Shown here one piece after another: positions 1 to 9,572 of a DNA stretch of 37,036 nucleotides. The notes beneath the pieces are model-generated. The model worked only from the letters and a program-made list of their open reading frames with translations, ran no database searches and was not told where the DNA came from. A program made the position numbers and the translations under genes. Every line of letters starts with the position of its first letter. Positions within the stretch are counted from its first letter, which is position 1. The stretch lies in the NCBI GenBank assembly GCA_947472215.1, contig CANJAW010000001.1, positions 1-37,036 on the forward strand, read 5' to 3'. This stretch comes from Chitinophagaceae bacterium. GTDB taxonomy: Bacteria; Bacteroidota; Bacteroidia; Chitinophagales; Chitinophagaceae.

Positions 1-86
1 GCACATTTTTTCTTTTTTCCTTTTTCGGCAAAGCTTATCCCGGTAATCAATAAGGCTGCAGTAGCCAATAGAATTATTTTTTTCAT
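1..86 (-). CDS. 5' fragment of a secreted protein that runs off the window edge
   Basis: Manual translation from ATG at 86 gives MKKIILLATAALLITGISFAEKGKKKKC..., a typical Sec signal peptide (basic N-region, hydrophobic core, S-F-A cleavage). No stop codon before the window edge. Confidence 0.7.
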   Translation of the reverse strand, partial: MKKIILLATAALLITGISFAEKGKKKKC

Positions 87-253
87 TTGAGTTGATTTTA
101 TGTAATGTGAAAATAATTGCTTTTTAGCAATTGCAAAAGCTGTGGATGTTAAAATTATATAAATAATTTGCATCTATTTATTTCGACACGCAAAACTGGC
201 AGGCTGTAAGGCAAATTAATGTTGACTAAATTGGTTAGAAAACCATGCAATCA

Positions 254-922
254 TTAGCCTTCAGTAGGTAAGGTGGCAATAACGGTTACTCCTCCTTGTA
301 CTGACTGGTTTAGCGCTACATTAATTTTGGTACCTACAGGCAACAAGAGATCTACCCGGCTGCCAAATTTGATAAATCCCATTTCTGCTGTCTGGCTCAC
401 CTGCTGGCCTACCTGCAAATAATTCACGATGCGTTTTGCTAGTGCTCCGGCAATCTGTTTTACTAAGATTTCGATATTCCCTTTTCTGATTACTACAGAG
501 TGCCTTTCATTTTCGGTAGATGATTTCGGATGCCAGGCTACAAGGTATTTACCCTTGTGGTATTGATTATACACCACTTCGCCACTGATAGGGTTTCTGT
601 TAACGTGCACATTGGCGGGACTCATAAAAATAGATACCTGAAGTCGTTTGTCCTTAAAGTATTCTGAATCTGTCACCTCTTCAATTACTACCACCTTTCC
701 ATCAGCAGGCGCTATAATGGCATTGTCATTTAGGGTGAGTATGCGATTGGGTATCCGAAAAAATGAAATTAGGAAAAGCAATAGACCTAGGGTTATAAAA
801 AAGAGTATGCCGGTGAGTATAGGTACTGAAGCACTAAAAAAGTAAAAAAAAAGTAAATTCAAAATAAAAAATACGATCGTGCCTATGGCGATACTTGTGT
901 AACCTTCTCTGTGAATTGTCAT
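254..922 (-). CDS. psd: Phosphatidylserine decarboxylase proenzyme (short type)
   Basis: N-terminal TM helices, FFRIPNR, APADGKV, SIFMSPANVHVNR and the FGSRVD self-cleavage (pyruvoyl) motif. Confidence 0.93.
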   Translation of the reverse strand: MTIHREGYTSIAIGTIVFFILNLLFFYFFSASVPILTGILFFITLGLLLFLISFFRIPNRILTLNDNAIIAPADGKVVVIEEVTDSEYFKDKRLQVSIFMSPANVHVNRNPISGEVVYNQYHKGKYLVAWHPKSSTENERHSVVIRKGNIEILVKQIAGALAKRIVNYLQVGQQVSQTAEMGFIKFGSRVDLLLPVGTKINVALNQSVQGGVTVIATLPTEG

Positions 923-941
923 GCTTAATTAAGTTGAGTGG

Positions 942-972
942 CAAAGATAAGCCTACTGCATTAGGGCGCAAG
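942..972 (-). promoter_or_regulatory. Bacteroidota sigma70-type promoter for psd
   Basis: Minus strand carries TATCTTTG (TAnnTTTG) at 949-942, with CTTG 19 nt upstream, about 20 nt before the ATG. Confidence 0.55.
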
Positions 973-980
973 GCAATTGA

Positions 981-1673
981 TTATAAAAATAATTTCAAGA
1001 ATAGCCAAACAAATGGAGTGGCTACTAATAAAGAGTCGAATCGATCTAGAAAACCACCATGCCCGGGCATAATAGCTCCACTATCTTTAATATCAGCCAT
1101 CCGTTTTAACTTACTCTCCAGTAAATCGCCCGCTGTACCAAAAATTGCGCAGAGAGCTGCAATGATGAAATAGTGTTGGTGTTGGATGGGGTTAAAAAAA
1201 TGTTCGGCTACTACCGGGAATCCAAATCCAATTACTAGAATACATAGTAAGGCGCCTCCAATCGTTCCTTCCCAGGTTTTCTTGGGGGATATGGGTGAAA
1301 AAGGGGTTTTCCCAATCAATGACCCTACCAGGTAAGCCATGGTATCATTGATCCAAATGCTGAAAATTATTAGCAATGGCAGCAGGATGCCAGTTGTTGT
1401 GGATATAGCAACACCACTCCAATTCATCCTGATATCTATTAGCAGGCAGATTGGTAAGCTGATATAGGGTAATCCGAAAAAAATGTAGGGCAGATAATTT
1501 TCTTTATAAATTTTTTTCAGCAGTTTAATAAACTCAATCCAACAGCCAAAGTGAATTAAAAAGAAGAGTATTAAAAAACTCTCTTCATTTCTCAGTAATC
1601 CGCCGAGCATGACCACCACAAAGATAAAAGCGGTTAGTGAACGTGTTTTTAGTGTAGCTAGATTGATTGCCAT
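981..1673 (-). CDS. cdsA: Phosphatidate cytidylyltransferase
   Basis: Motifs WINDTMAYLVG, ISPKKTWEG, GDLLESKLKR..IKDSG.IMPGHGGFLDRFDS. Start moved to ATG 1673 (MAINLATLKTR) because the longer ORF overlaps the upstream gene. Confidence 0.95.
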   Translation of the reverse strand: MAINLATLKTRSLTAFIFVVVMLGGLLRNEESFLILFFLIHFGCWIEFIKLLKKIYKENYLPYIFFGLPYISLPICLLIDIRMNWSGVAISTTTGILLPLLIIFSIWINDTMAYLVGSLIGKTPFSPISPKKTWEGTIGGALLCILVIGFGFPVVAEHFFNPIQHQHYFIIAALCAIFGTAGDLLESKLKRMADIKDSGAIMPGHGGFLDRFDSLLVATPFVWLFLKLFL

Positions 1674-1731
1674 CAGAGAAAAATTGCTATTAGTTCGTAA
1701 ATAAAAAATTATACCCTTTGATTGGTGTATT

Positions 1732-2712
1732 TTAATTAAATAGGTTGTTGCTAGGCTCCAGTCCAGGGATGAGTACTTCTTCTCCCGGCTGGTCAATTTC
1801 GTTTTTACTTACTTTGTCAAAGAGTGAGAATAGACCATAAAGTGCTGCAATGCTGGCAAGACCGACCCATAAAGGAATTTGCCCATCCATTTTGGAAGGG
1901 TCGGGGTGTTCGCCGGGTTTGGTAAAAAGGTACATGGCCGTTACAGCAAAAGCATTATTAAAAAAATGACCGATAATATTGAGCCAGATATTTCCGGTGC
2001 GATAATAGATCCATCCAAGCACAAAGCCGAGTGCAAATCGGCTCAGAAATCCAAGGTATGAACCATGGACGGCACTGAAAATAATGGAGGTAAGTACAAT
2101 GGCTAACAAGGGTTTTTTAAACCATCGGGAAAATAAATTTTGCATTCCACCCCTAAATAAAGTTTCTTCAAATAGGGCAGGTAAAAAAGCAATTACTACT
2201 ACTGATATGATATAATCGGCAAAATTGTCCATTCTTGCAATTACAGCAACCTGTTGATTATAGGCATCTTCCGCTTCCTTAAATTTCAAAAGGGCAGCTT
2301 TTGACCAAGGTAAAAGGGTTGTTAAATCTTGCAAAGCACTTACCAGCGGAAGTGCTGCTAGCATAATCAATATCACCACGCCAGCAGATTTTACATTGCA
2401 ATTATTTTTAAATCCCAGGTGAACAAATGGTTTTTTATGGCAAACCAACGCATATAAAACGGTTGGTAAAAAAAACATGAAGAAGGCAGTAATAAAGGTA
2501 ATCCATCTTAGTAATGCTGCATTTTTAGGTTGTAATAAATTATCCAATAACTGGGCGGCAGTATTGCCACTGGTAATTCCGGGATTCATTTTTACAAAAA
2601 AAGGAAGGATGCTAACAATGATGCCCCCTATTATTAATCCTACACCTACAAATGCAGCCAACACAGCCAGCTGATTCCAGTAATTAAAACGTTTAGTTGC
2701 CAAATGCGCCAT
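1732..2712 (-). CDS. CPBP (CAAX/Abi) family intramembrane metalloprotease
   Basis: Multi-pass membrane protein with EETLFRG, FSAVH and HFFNN motifs. Confidence 0.9.
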   Translation of the reverse strand: MAHLATKRFNYWNQLAVLAAFVGVGLIIGGIIVSILPFFVKMNPGITSGNTAAQLLDNLLQPKNAALLRWITFITAFFMFFLPTVLYALVCHKKPFVHLGFKNNCNVKSAGVVILIMLAALPLVSALQDLTTLLPWSKAALLKFKEAEDAYNQQVAVIARMDNFADYIISVVVIAFLPALFEETLFRGGMQNLFSRWFKKPLLAIVLTSIIFSAVHGSYLGFLSRFALGFVLGWIYYRTGNIWLNIIGHFFNNAFAVTAMYLFTKPGEHPDPSKMDGQIPLWVGLASIAALYGLFSLFDKVSKNEIDQPGEEVLIPGLEPSNNLFN

Positions 2713-2838
2713 AGTGTTTGCTTATAAGTGCGTAAATTTACAACCAAAAAAGTTTATGCGTATGGTTTTCTGTTGATAGTTTACTATACTCATTTTATTT
2801 AAGCAAAAGATTAACCTTAAGAACCCTCAATCAATCGT

Positions 2839-3876
2839 ATGCCATCAATAGGTAATATACAACTTCCTGAATTCCCACTGCTGCTTGCCCCAATGGAGGA
2901 TGTAAGTGACCCGCCTTTTAGGGCAGTTTGCAAAGACAAGGGGGCAGATCTGATGTATACTGAATTTATTAGTAGCGAAGGATTGATTAGAGATGCCATC
3001 AAGAGTCGTCAAAAGCTCGATATTTTTGATTACGAAAAACCGGTAGGTATTCAAATTTTTGGTGGCGATGAGGAAAGTTTATCACTGGCTGCAAAAATTG
3101 TGGATGTTACCAACCCCGATTTGCTGGACATTAATTTTGGCTGTCCGGTAAAAAAAGTTGCTATGAGGGGGGCTGGTGCAGGCGTATTAAAGGATATTGA
3201 CTTGATGGTGCGCTTAACCGAAGCCGTTGTAAAATCTACCAATTTGCCGGTCACGGTAAAAACTCGATTGGGCTGGGATGATGAGAACAGGAATATAGAG
3301 GAAGTGGCAGAGCGCTTACAAGATGTAGGCATTAAAGCCCTTTCCATTCACGGGCGCACACGCGCGCAGATGTACAAGGGGTCGGCAGACTGGGATTTGA
3401 TAGGAAAAGTAAAAAATAACCCGCGTATCACCATGCCCATATTCGGCAATGGTGATATTGATAGTCCACAGAAAGCATTGGAATATAAAAATCGATACGG
3501 CATTGATGGTATTATGATTGGAAGAGCTGCCATTGGCTACCCGTGGATATTTGATGAGATCAAGCATTTTCTAAAAACGGGTGAAATATTGCCCCCGCCC
3601 TCTATCGAAGACAGGGTGGAAGTGTGTAAAAAACATCTCCATAAATCTTTTGAGTGGAAAGGTCCCATTGTAGGAATTTTTGAAATGCGTCGCCATTATG
3701 CCAATTATTTAAAAGGACTGCCCGGAATAAAAGATTATCGTTACCAGTTGGTTACCCTTAAAACGGTGGAAGAAATTGATGCCATTCTCGATGAAATTGT
3801 AGAAAAATACGCCGGCTACGCGTTCGAAAAAACACCCATTGAATTGATTAATTATCATGAAAAATGTCCTTTGTAA
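2839..3876 (+). CDS. dusB: tRNA-dihydrouridine synthase B
   Basis: LAPMEDVSD, DINFGCPVKKV, VTVKTRLGW, IHGRTRAQ, GNGDI and MIGRAAIG motifs. Confidence 0.93.
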   Translation: MPSIGNIQLPEFPLLLAPMEDVSDPPFRAVCKDKGADLMYTEFISSEGLIRDAIKSRQKLDIFDYEKPVGIQIFGGDEESLSLAAKIVDVTNPDLLDINFGCPVKKVAMRGAGAGVLKDIDLMVRLTEAVVKSTNLPVTVKTRLGWDDENRNIEEVAERLQDVGIKALSIHGRTRAQMYKGSADWDLIGKVKNNPRITMPIFGNGDIDSPQKALEYKNRYGIDGIMIGRAAIGYPWIFDEIKHFLKTGEILPPPSIEDRVEVCKKHLHKSFEWKGPIVGIFEMRRHYANYLKGLPGIKDYRYQLVTLKTVEEIDAILDEIVEKYAGYAFEKTPIELINYHEKCPL

Positions 3877-3900
3877 AAGAAGGCAACTTGCCAACGTTTT

Positions 3901-5688
3901 TTAGCTGTAGATCCGACCAATGACAGCGGCATATTTTTCCATTATAATCTTTCTTTTAAGCTTGAGCGTTGGGGTAAGTTCTCCACTGTTGATGGTCCAT
4001 TCATCGGGTAGTAGTTCAAAGCGTTTTACCTGCTCTACATGGTTGAAAGATTTATTAAAACTCTCTATTAGTTCCGTATAAAGCGCTAATACCTTCGGAT
4101 GATTGATTGCATCTTCATTGGTTGTGAAGGGGATAGTCTTTTGGCGCATCCAGTCTTTTAGATTGGGTAAAGAAGGGACAATTAACGCCCCTACAAATTT
4201 CTGATCAGCACCTACAATCATCATCTGCTCAATAAAGGGCGATTCCTTCATTCTGTTTTCGATGGGCTGCGGGGCCACATATTTACCGCCACTGGTTTTA
4301 AATAGTTCTTTTTTACGATCCGTTATTTTTAAATATTTTCCATCTTCAAACACGCCTATATCGCCTGTATGCAACCATCCATCAATGATGGTTTCGGCAG
4401 TCAAGACTGGCCGTTTATAGTACCCCATCATTACGCTCGGCCCCTTCACACAGATTTCTCCATCTGCTTCCAGCTTAACCTGCTGCCCTTGTAGTATTGG
4501 CCCTACTGTGCCAAATTTGGTACCCCCAACATATTGGCAGTTGATACTAATAACTGGGCTATTTTCAGTTGGCCCATACCCTTCATAAATAGGAATTTTA
4601 GCGGCTGTAAAAATCCGTATCAGGCGAATCTGGCAAGCGGCTCCACCGGTAATGATAAATTTTATATTATTGCCCAATGCGGCTCTCCATTTATTAAAAA
4701 TTAATTTATTGGCGATAGCGAGTTTAAGGTGGTAAAAAATTCCCTGGTTTTTCGAAATATCAAATTGATCGCCCAAGGCAACTGCCCAGTAAAATAAGGT
4801 ACGCTTAATACCCGTCAGCTCTGCACCCTTGCTCATAATTTTTTCGTAAACTTTTTCAAGCAGTCGAGGCACCGTACAAAATACATCCGGTTTGATTTCT
4901 TTTAAGTTTTCAGCAATTGTATCCAAATTCTCAGCATAATAAATAGAGATTCCAGCACTGATATACATGTAGGAGGCTACCCGCTCAAAAATATGATTCA
5001 ATGGTAAAAAACTTAGGGATCTGGAATATTTATTCTCCTCTAAGGGGAAGCTTTTTATAGCATTCAAAATATTGGAAACGATATTGTGATGGCTAAGCAT
5101 TACCCCCTTAGGCGTTCCAGTAGTTCCGGAAGTATAAATAATAGTGGCGCAATGTTCAGCGGATATAGTTGCCTTCAATTGTTCTAATTGAACATTATCC
5201 GAATCATCTGGCGATGGTAGGATTGTTTTCCAATAGGCAACCCCTGGTAGCTCATCAAAACTATACACATTCACAAGAGAAGGAACCTGGGATCGAATAG
5301 CCTCTACCTTATCTAAAATTTCCTGACCGCTGATAAAGGCTAGTTTTACACCGGCATCATTAAAAATAAATTCGAGTTCATTCACATTGGTGGTGGGATA
5401 GATGGGGCAAAGCACGGCACCTATTTGCTGACAAGCCATATCTAGCATTAGCCATTCCGACCTGTTTTTGCTAATCAATGCAACCTTATCCTGCTTCTCA
5501 ACTGTCATGTCATTTCCGCTAATGCCTAGCCGAATCAAGGCAGTACTTAAGTTGTTCACGATGGAGTTTACTTCAGCAGTACTGTATAAATTCCAGTGCC
5601 CATTTTCTTTCCCCCCAATCATATCGGGTTTTGGAAAATGTTCCAATTGGTTTTGCAAGAAATCAAATAATCTGGATTTTTCGTTCAT
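3901..5688 (-). CDS. Long-chain fatty acid-CoA ligase (AMP-binding)
   Basis: IIYTSGTTGTPKGV, EGYGPTE, WLHTGDIG, ITDRKKELFKTSGGKYVAPQ and ELTPTLKLKR motifs. ATG at 5688; alternative TTG at 5694. Confidence 0.92.
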   Translation of the reverse strand: MNEKSRLFDFLQNQLEHFPKPDMIGGKENGHWNLYSTAEVNSIVNNLSTALIRLGISGNDMTVEKQDKVALISKNRSEWLMLDMACQQIGAVLCPIYPTTNVNELEFIFNDAGVKLAFISGQEILDKVEAIRSQVPSLVNVYSFDELPGVAYWKTILPSPDDSDNVQLEQLKATISAEHCATIIYTSGTTGTPKGVMLSHHNIVSNILNAIKSFPLEENKYSRSLSFLPLNHIFERVASYMYISAGISIYYAENLDTIAENLKEIKPDVFCTVPRLLEKVYEKIMSKGAELTGIKRTLFYWAVALGDQFDISKNQGIFYHLKLAIANKLIFNKWRAALGNNIKFIITGGAACQIRLIRIFTAAKIPIYEGYGPTENSPVISINCQYVGGTKFGTVGPILQGQQVKLEADGEICVKGPSVMMGYYKRPVLTAETIIDGWLHTGDIGVFEDGKYLKITDRKKELFKTSGGKYVAPQPIENRMKESPFIEQMMIVGADQKFVGALIVPSLPNLKDWMRQKTIPFTTNEDAINHPKVLALYTELIESFNKSFNHVEQVKRFELLPDEWTINSGELTPTLKLKRKIIMEKYAAVIGRIYS

Positions 5689-5905
5689 ATACAATCGTTC
5701 AGCATGTAAAAAATAGATTCCGGTAAGTAAGTTAGTTTAACCGATTCCTCGTAAACTATGACTAAGTTAAATAAAAAAGCCTTCCCAACTGCCAAGGATC
5801 ACAGTAAAAATTAAATAGGGGCTACTATTATTTGTCAAATGAGTCACTTGAATTGATGACTATTATAAAGGTTGACTATAAAAGCTGAAAGAATCATTCA
5901 TTCAC

Positions 5906-6928
5906 TTAGTTGGATAGCCGGTAGTACTGGCCTAAGGGGATCTTAAACATTCTTCCTGATTGAAAATGAATAAACTCGTTGTACTCCGAAGAATGAGCTG
6001 CCACCCAAGTTTGGTAATCGGTTAAGTTTTGCACTGTACCAAATAGCCATTGGTTATAGGCTTCAAACATCCCCTCTTGCAGTAGTTGTCGCTGGTAATC
6101 AAACAATCGGCTTGGATATTTACTAGCATAATCATTGGTCCAGTCTAATAAAAACCGGGTTCTAATCATGGTAAGATTTTCAGCATTGAATTCTGTTGTT
6201 GCAGCCAGGTTTTGTTTATTGATGGTTTGAATAAAAGCATTGGAATATTTAGGCTGAACTGCTTTTTCTTTTTTTACATCCTCTTCAGTAAATATTTTCT
6301 TATAACTCTCCAATAAAATCGATTTTATTTCTGCTGAATGGCTACTGAGCGGTTCCATATTTACAAACACCTCGCCATATAATATACTCCCTACTTTATC
6401 TGCAGTAATTTGGTAATATTTGCAGGCATTGTAATAATTTTTAGAATAATTTGGATCATGCTCAATACCTTTTTCCCACTGCTGAATGGCGTCGACATTT
6501 TTTTGTGCCCATTGAAGCTCGCCTAATTCATTATAGAGCGCACCGCTTTTTGGAAATTTTTTAATTCCTTTTTTAAATAGCTTTTCGCATTCTTTCGTTT
6601 GTTCCAATTGCTTATAAAGATTGCCTGCGATCTGGTAGCATTGGTCATCTGCTTCTTCTTTATCAAGTATCAATTTTATTACTTCGAGCCCCTTGTTATA
6701 TTCTTTTTGAAAATAAAAGGCTAAGGAAAGATCTTTGGTGATTTCGATATTGTTGGGTTCGGCAATGGAAGCGCGCTTCAGCAGGAGTGAGGCGTTATTA
6801 AAATCATTTTGTTGCATAAAGGACCGGGCCCTTTCCTGCAAGTCTTTGGCCGATTGTGCAGTACAGAATTGAACCGAAAAAAAAAGTACAGCAAAAAAAA
6901 TAGCTTTTTGAATTGATTTCATCGGCAT
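5906..6928 (-). CDS. Secreted tetratricopeptide-repeat protein of unknown function
   Basis: Signal peptide ending CTA|QS, followed by TPR-like helices (e.g. GALYNELGELQWAQKNVDAIQQWEKGIEHDPNY). Confidence 0.75.
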   Translation of the reverse strand: MPMKSIQKAIFFAVLFFSVQFCTAQSAKDLQERARSFMQQNDFNNASLLLKRASIAEPNNIEITKDLSLAFYFQKEYNKGLEVIKLILDKEEADDQCYQIAGNLYKQLEQTKECEKLFKKGIKKFPKSGALYNELGELQWAQKNVDAIQQWEKGIEHDPNYSKNYYNACKYYQITADKVGSILYGEVFVNMEPLSSHSAEIKSILLESYKKIFTEEDVKKEKAVQPKYSNAFIQTINKQNLAATTEFNAENLTMIRTRFLLDWTNDYASKYPSRLFDYQRQLLQEGMFEAYNQWLFGTVQNLTDYQTWVAAHSSEYNEFIHFQSGRMFKIPLGQYYRLSN

Positions 6929-7044
6929 AAATGTACTGATATCTAGTTAAAAGAGGCAGTATTCATTTTTCATTTTGCTGATAAAATTGAATATAGCACA
7001 GTGAGAACTAGCAAGCTGTTAGTTGAAATAAAACGAATCATAGA

Positions 7045-8277
7045 CTAGTTAATCAAGTGCGTAAGCAGTCCATCTCTGAGTTTGGGTTCAAACCAAGTGC
7101 TTTTCGGCGGCATTACATTACCGCTATCTGCAATATCGAACAACTGTTGAATGCTAACAGGATGAAGGCTGATAGCAAGGGCCATTTCACCGCTGTCTAC
7201 TCTTTTTTCCAACTCTTCTAAACCTCGGATGCCTCCAACAAAATCAATGCGCTGATCGGTACGTTGGTCCTTTATGCCGAGTAGTGGGTCTAGCAAATTA
7301 TTTTGTAAAATGGTTACATCTAAAATTCCAATTGGATCGTTAGTGAAGGTGTTATCCTTTGCAGTAAGGCAATACCATTGTTTACCCATGTATAAACCAA
7401 ACTGGTGAAGCTTTTCCGGAGAAAACGCCTTTTCGACTTTTTCTACAGTAAAGGAGTTGGATATTTTTTCTAGTAATTCTTCAGTTCCTACTCCATTCAA
7501 ATCCTTCACTACCCGATTGTAATCCATAATGTGTAACTGGTTGGAAGGAAATAAGGTGGTCAGAAAAACATTGGCCCCTTCAGGCGCATCTTTGCCCAAC
7601 GCCTTTCGCACTTTTGCTGCCGAAGCAGCCCGGTGATGACCATCGGCAATGTAAGTGAATGGCACTTTGGTTTTAAACAATTCGCTAACTAGATCGATGG
7701 TAGCCGAATCGTTGATTATCCAAATACTGTGTTGAATACCATCTTCTGCAAGCAGGTCGTACACTGGATTTTTTTCTTTTTGCCATTTGCTAATTACTTC
7801 GTCGATTTCTGCTACATTTCGGTAGGCTAAAAAAACATTTCCTGTTTGGGCACCGGTGGTGGCAATATGGTTGATTCTGTCTTTTTCCTTTTCAGGCCTA
7901 GTAAACTCGTGCTTTTTGATGAGATCGTTTTCATAGTCATCTACACTGCTTCCGCAAACCAATCCTGTCTGGCTTCTTCCATTCATTATTAACCGGTAGA
8001 TATAATAGCAGGGTTTACTTTCACGAAATAAAATATTCCTACTGATGAAAGCCTCCAGATTATTTTTTGCAACATCATATACTTGTTGAGAGTGAATGTC
8101 CACGTCTTCGGGCAAATCAATTTCACTTTTGGTAATGTGTAAAAAACTGCTCGGGTTGCCTTGTGCTTCTATTTTTGCTTCTTTACTATTGAGTACATCG
8201 TAGGGTCGGGATGCTACTTGTTTAGCATGTTGTGCTTCGGGTCGTAGGGCTCTAAAAGGTTGAATCGTGATCATCAT
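7045..8277 (-). CDS. DUF1015 family protein
   Basis: IQPFRALRP, PYDV, IKKHEFTRP.KE.DR, YIADGHHR and MPPKSTWFEPKLRDGL are typical of the family; lies directly downstream of serC. Confidence 0.9.
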   Translation of the reverse strand: MMITIQPFRALRPEAQHAKQVASRPYDVLNSKEAKIEAQGNPSSFLHITKSEIDLPEDVDIHSQQVYDVAKNNLEAFISRNILFRESKPCYYIYRLIMNGRSQTGLVCGSSVDDYENDLIKKHEFTRPEKEKDRINHIATTGAQTGNVFLAYRNVAEIDEVISKWQKEKNPVYDLLAEDGIQHSIWIINDSATIDLVSELFKTKVPFTYIADGHHRAASAAKVRKALGKDAPEGANVFLTTLFPSNQLHIMDYNRVVKDLNGVGTEELLEKISNSFTVEKVEKAFSPEKLHQFGLYMGKQWYCLTAKDNTFTNDPIGILDVTILQNNLLDPLLGIKDQRTDQRIDFVGGIRGLEELEKRVDSGEMALAISLHPVSIQQLFDIADSGNVMPPKSTWFEPKLRDGLLTHLIN

Positions 8278-8312
8278 GAAAATATTAACTAATCTAAAAT
8301 GGGTTGTATTTT

Positions 8313-9380
8313 TTATGCATGCGTGCTAGCAAATTCTTTCATTGCATTTACCAAAACTGTAACACTGCTAATAGGTAGTGCATTGTATAAAGAAGCCCTG
8401 AAACCGCCTACAAGCCGGTGTCCTTCTATACCTACAATGTTTTTTTCTTTTGTTAAGCGCAGAAAAGCCGCTTCGAGGGATGAATCGTTCATTACAAAAC
8501 ATACATTCATTTTGCTTCTATCTACCTTATTGACCGTGCCGCGAAAAAAAGGATTTTCGTCAATTTCAGCATATAGTAAGGCGGCCTTTGCCTCATTTAG
8601 TTTTTCTATAGCAGCCACTCCGCCTTGAGCTTTTAGCCAGCGAAGCGTAAGCATACAAACAAAAACAGCAAAAACCGGCGGTGTATTAAGCATACTGCCT
8701 TCGTTGATGTGATTGCGGTAATCCATAATGGTGGGGATGGCACGTTTTATTTTTCCTAGAATATTTTTCTTTACCACTACCAAATTTACTCCGGCAGGCC
8801 CCATGTTTTTTTGGGCGCCAGCGTATAGTAGGTCGAAGGCATTGAAATCAATCACTCTACTGAAAATATCACTGCTCATATCTCCCACTAGCGGTATGCT
8901 CGTATAAGGAATCTTTTGCCACTGGCTTCCGTAAATGGTGTTATTGGTGGTAATATGAAAATACGCAGCATCATTGGGTACTGCAAAATCTTTCGGGATA
9001 GTGGTATAATTGCTTTCTTTCCCTGAGCATACGACCTCTACTTTGCCGAAAAGCTTGGCCTCCTTAATCGCTTTAATTCCCCACACACCCGTATCAGCAT
9101 AGGCAGCTGTTTCTTTATCATCCAGCAAATTCATTGGTACCTGCATAAATTGAGTGGAGGCACCACCATGCAAAAACAATACTTCATGCTGGTCGTCCAG
9201 CTGCATCAGCTCCCTAACTAAATCCCTTGCTTCAGCCATTACCGCCTCAAAACTGGCGGTTCGATGGCCCAATTCCAAAATAGATAGGCCACTATTATTG
9301 TAATTCAATACGGCCTCCGCGGCTTGTTGAAAAACCTCTTTTGGTAAAATAGAAGGGCCTGCATTGAAATTATGTACCAC
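8313..9380 (-). CDS. serC: Phosphoserine aminotransferase
   Basis: HNFNAGPSILP, GGASTQF, DMSSD, YAGAQKNMGPAG (PLP lysine), NTPP and GHRLVGGFRASLYNA motifs; GTG start. Confidence 0.96.
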   Translation of the reverse strand: MVHNFNAGPSILPKEVFQQAAEAVLNYNNSGLSILELGHRTASFEAVMAEARDLVRELMQLDDQHEVLFLHGGASTQFMQVPMNLLDDKETAAYADTGVWGIKAIKEAKLFGKVEVVCSGKESNYTTIPKDFAVPNDAAYFHITTNNTIYGSQWQKIPYTSIPLVGDMSSDIFSRVIDFNAFDLLYAGAQKNMGPAGVNLVVVKKNILGKIKRAIPTIMDYRNHINEGSMLNTPPVFAVFVCMLTLRWLKAQGGVAAIEKLNEAKAALLYAEIDENPFFRGTVNKVDRSKMNVCFVMNDSSLEAAFLRLTKEKNIVGIEGHRLVGGFRASLYNALPISSVTVLVNAMKEFASTHA

Positions 9381-9423
9381 GGATAGCTGTTATTAGTAGT
9401 TGAATTGTATTTTTTTCAGAATG

Positions 9424-9431
9424 CAAAAGTA
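9424..9431 (-). promoter_or_regulatory. -7 promoter box for serC-DUF1015
   Basis: Minus strand TACTTTTG matches TAnnTTTG, 43 nt upstream of the serC start. Confidence 0.5.
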
Positions 9432-9487
9432 CCCAAATGAAAGGGAAGTTGTAGATGAAATAAGAAAACTTTTTCTTTTATCAGGCA

Positions 9488-9522
9488 ATTTCACCCCGAA
9501 AAACGAGCAGGGAGGGTGAAAT
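9488..9522. terminator. Stem-loop between the zinc-enzyme gene and the serC promoter
   Basis: ATTTCACCC (9488-9496) / GGGTGAAAT (9514-9522) inverted repeat; U-tract is weak. Confidence 0.35.
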
Positions 9523-9572
9523 AGTTAGGTCGTTTAATTGCTGAACAAGCCAATGGCAAATAGGGCAGGGTT

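Noticed and set aside
1732-2712. CPBP 'Abi' protein as a phage-defence system
   Set aside because: The family name is historical. The gene sits in a lipid housekeeping cluster with no defence neighbours.
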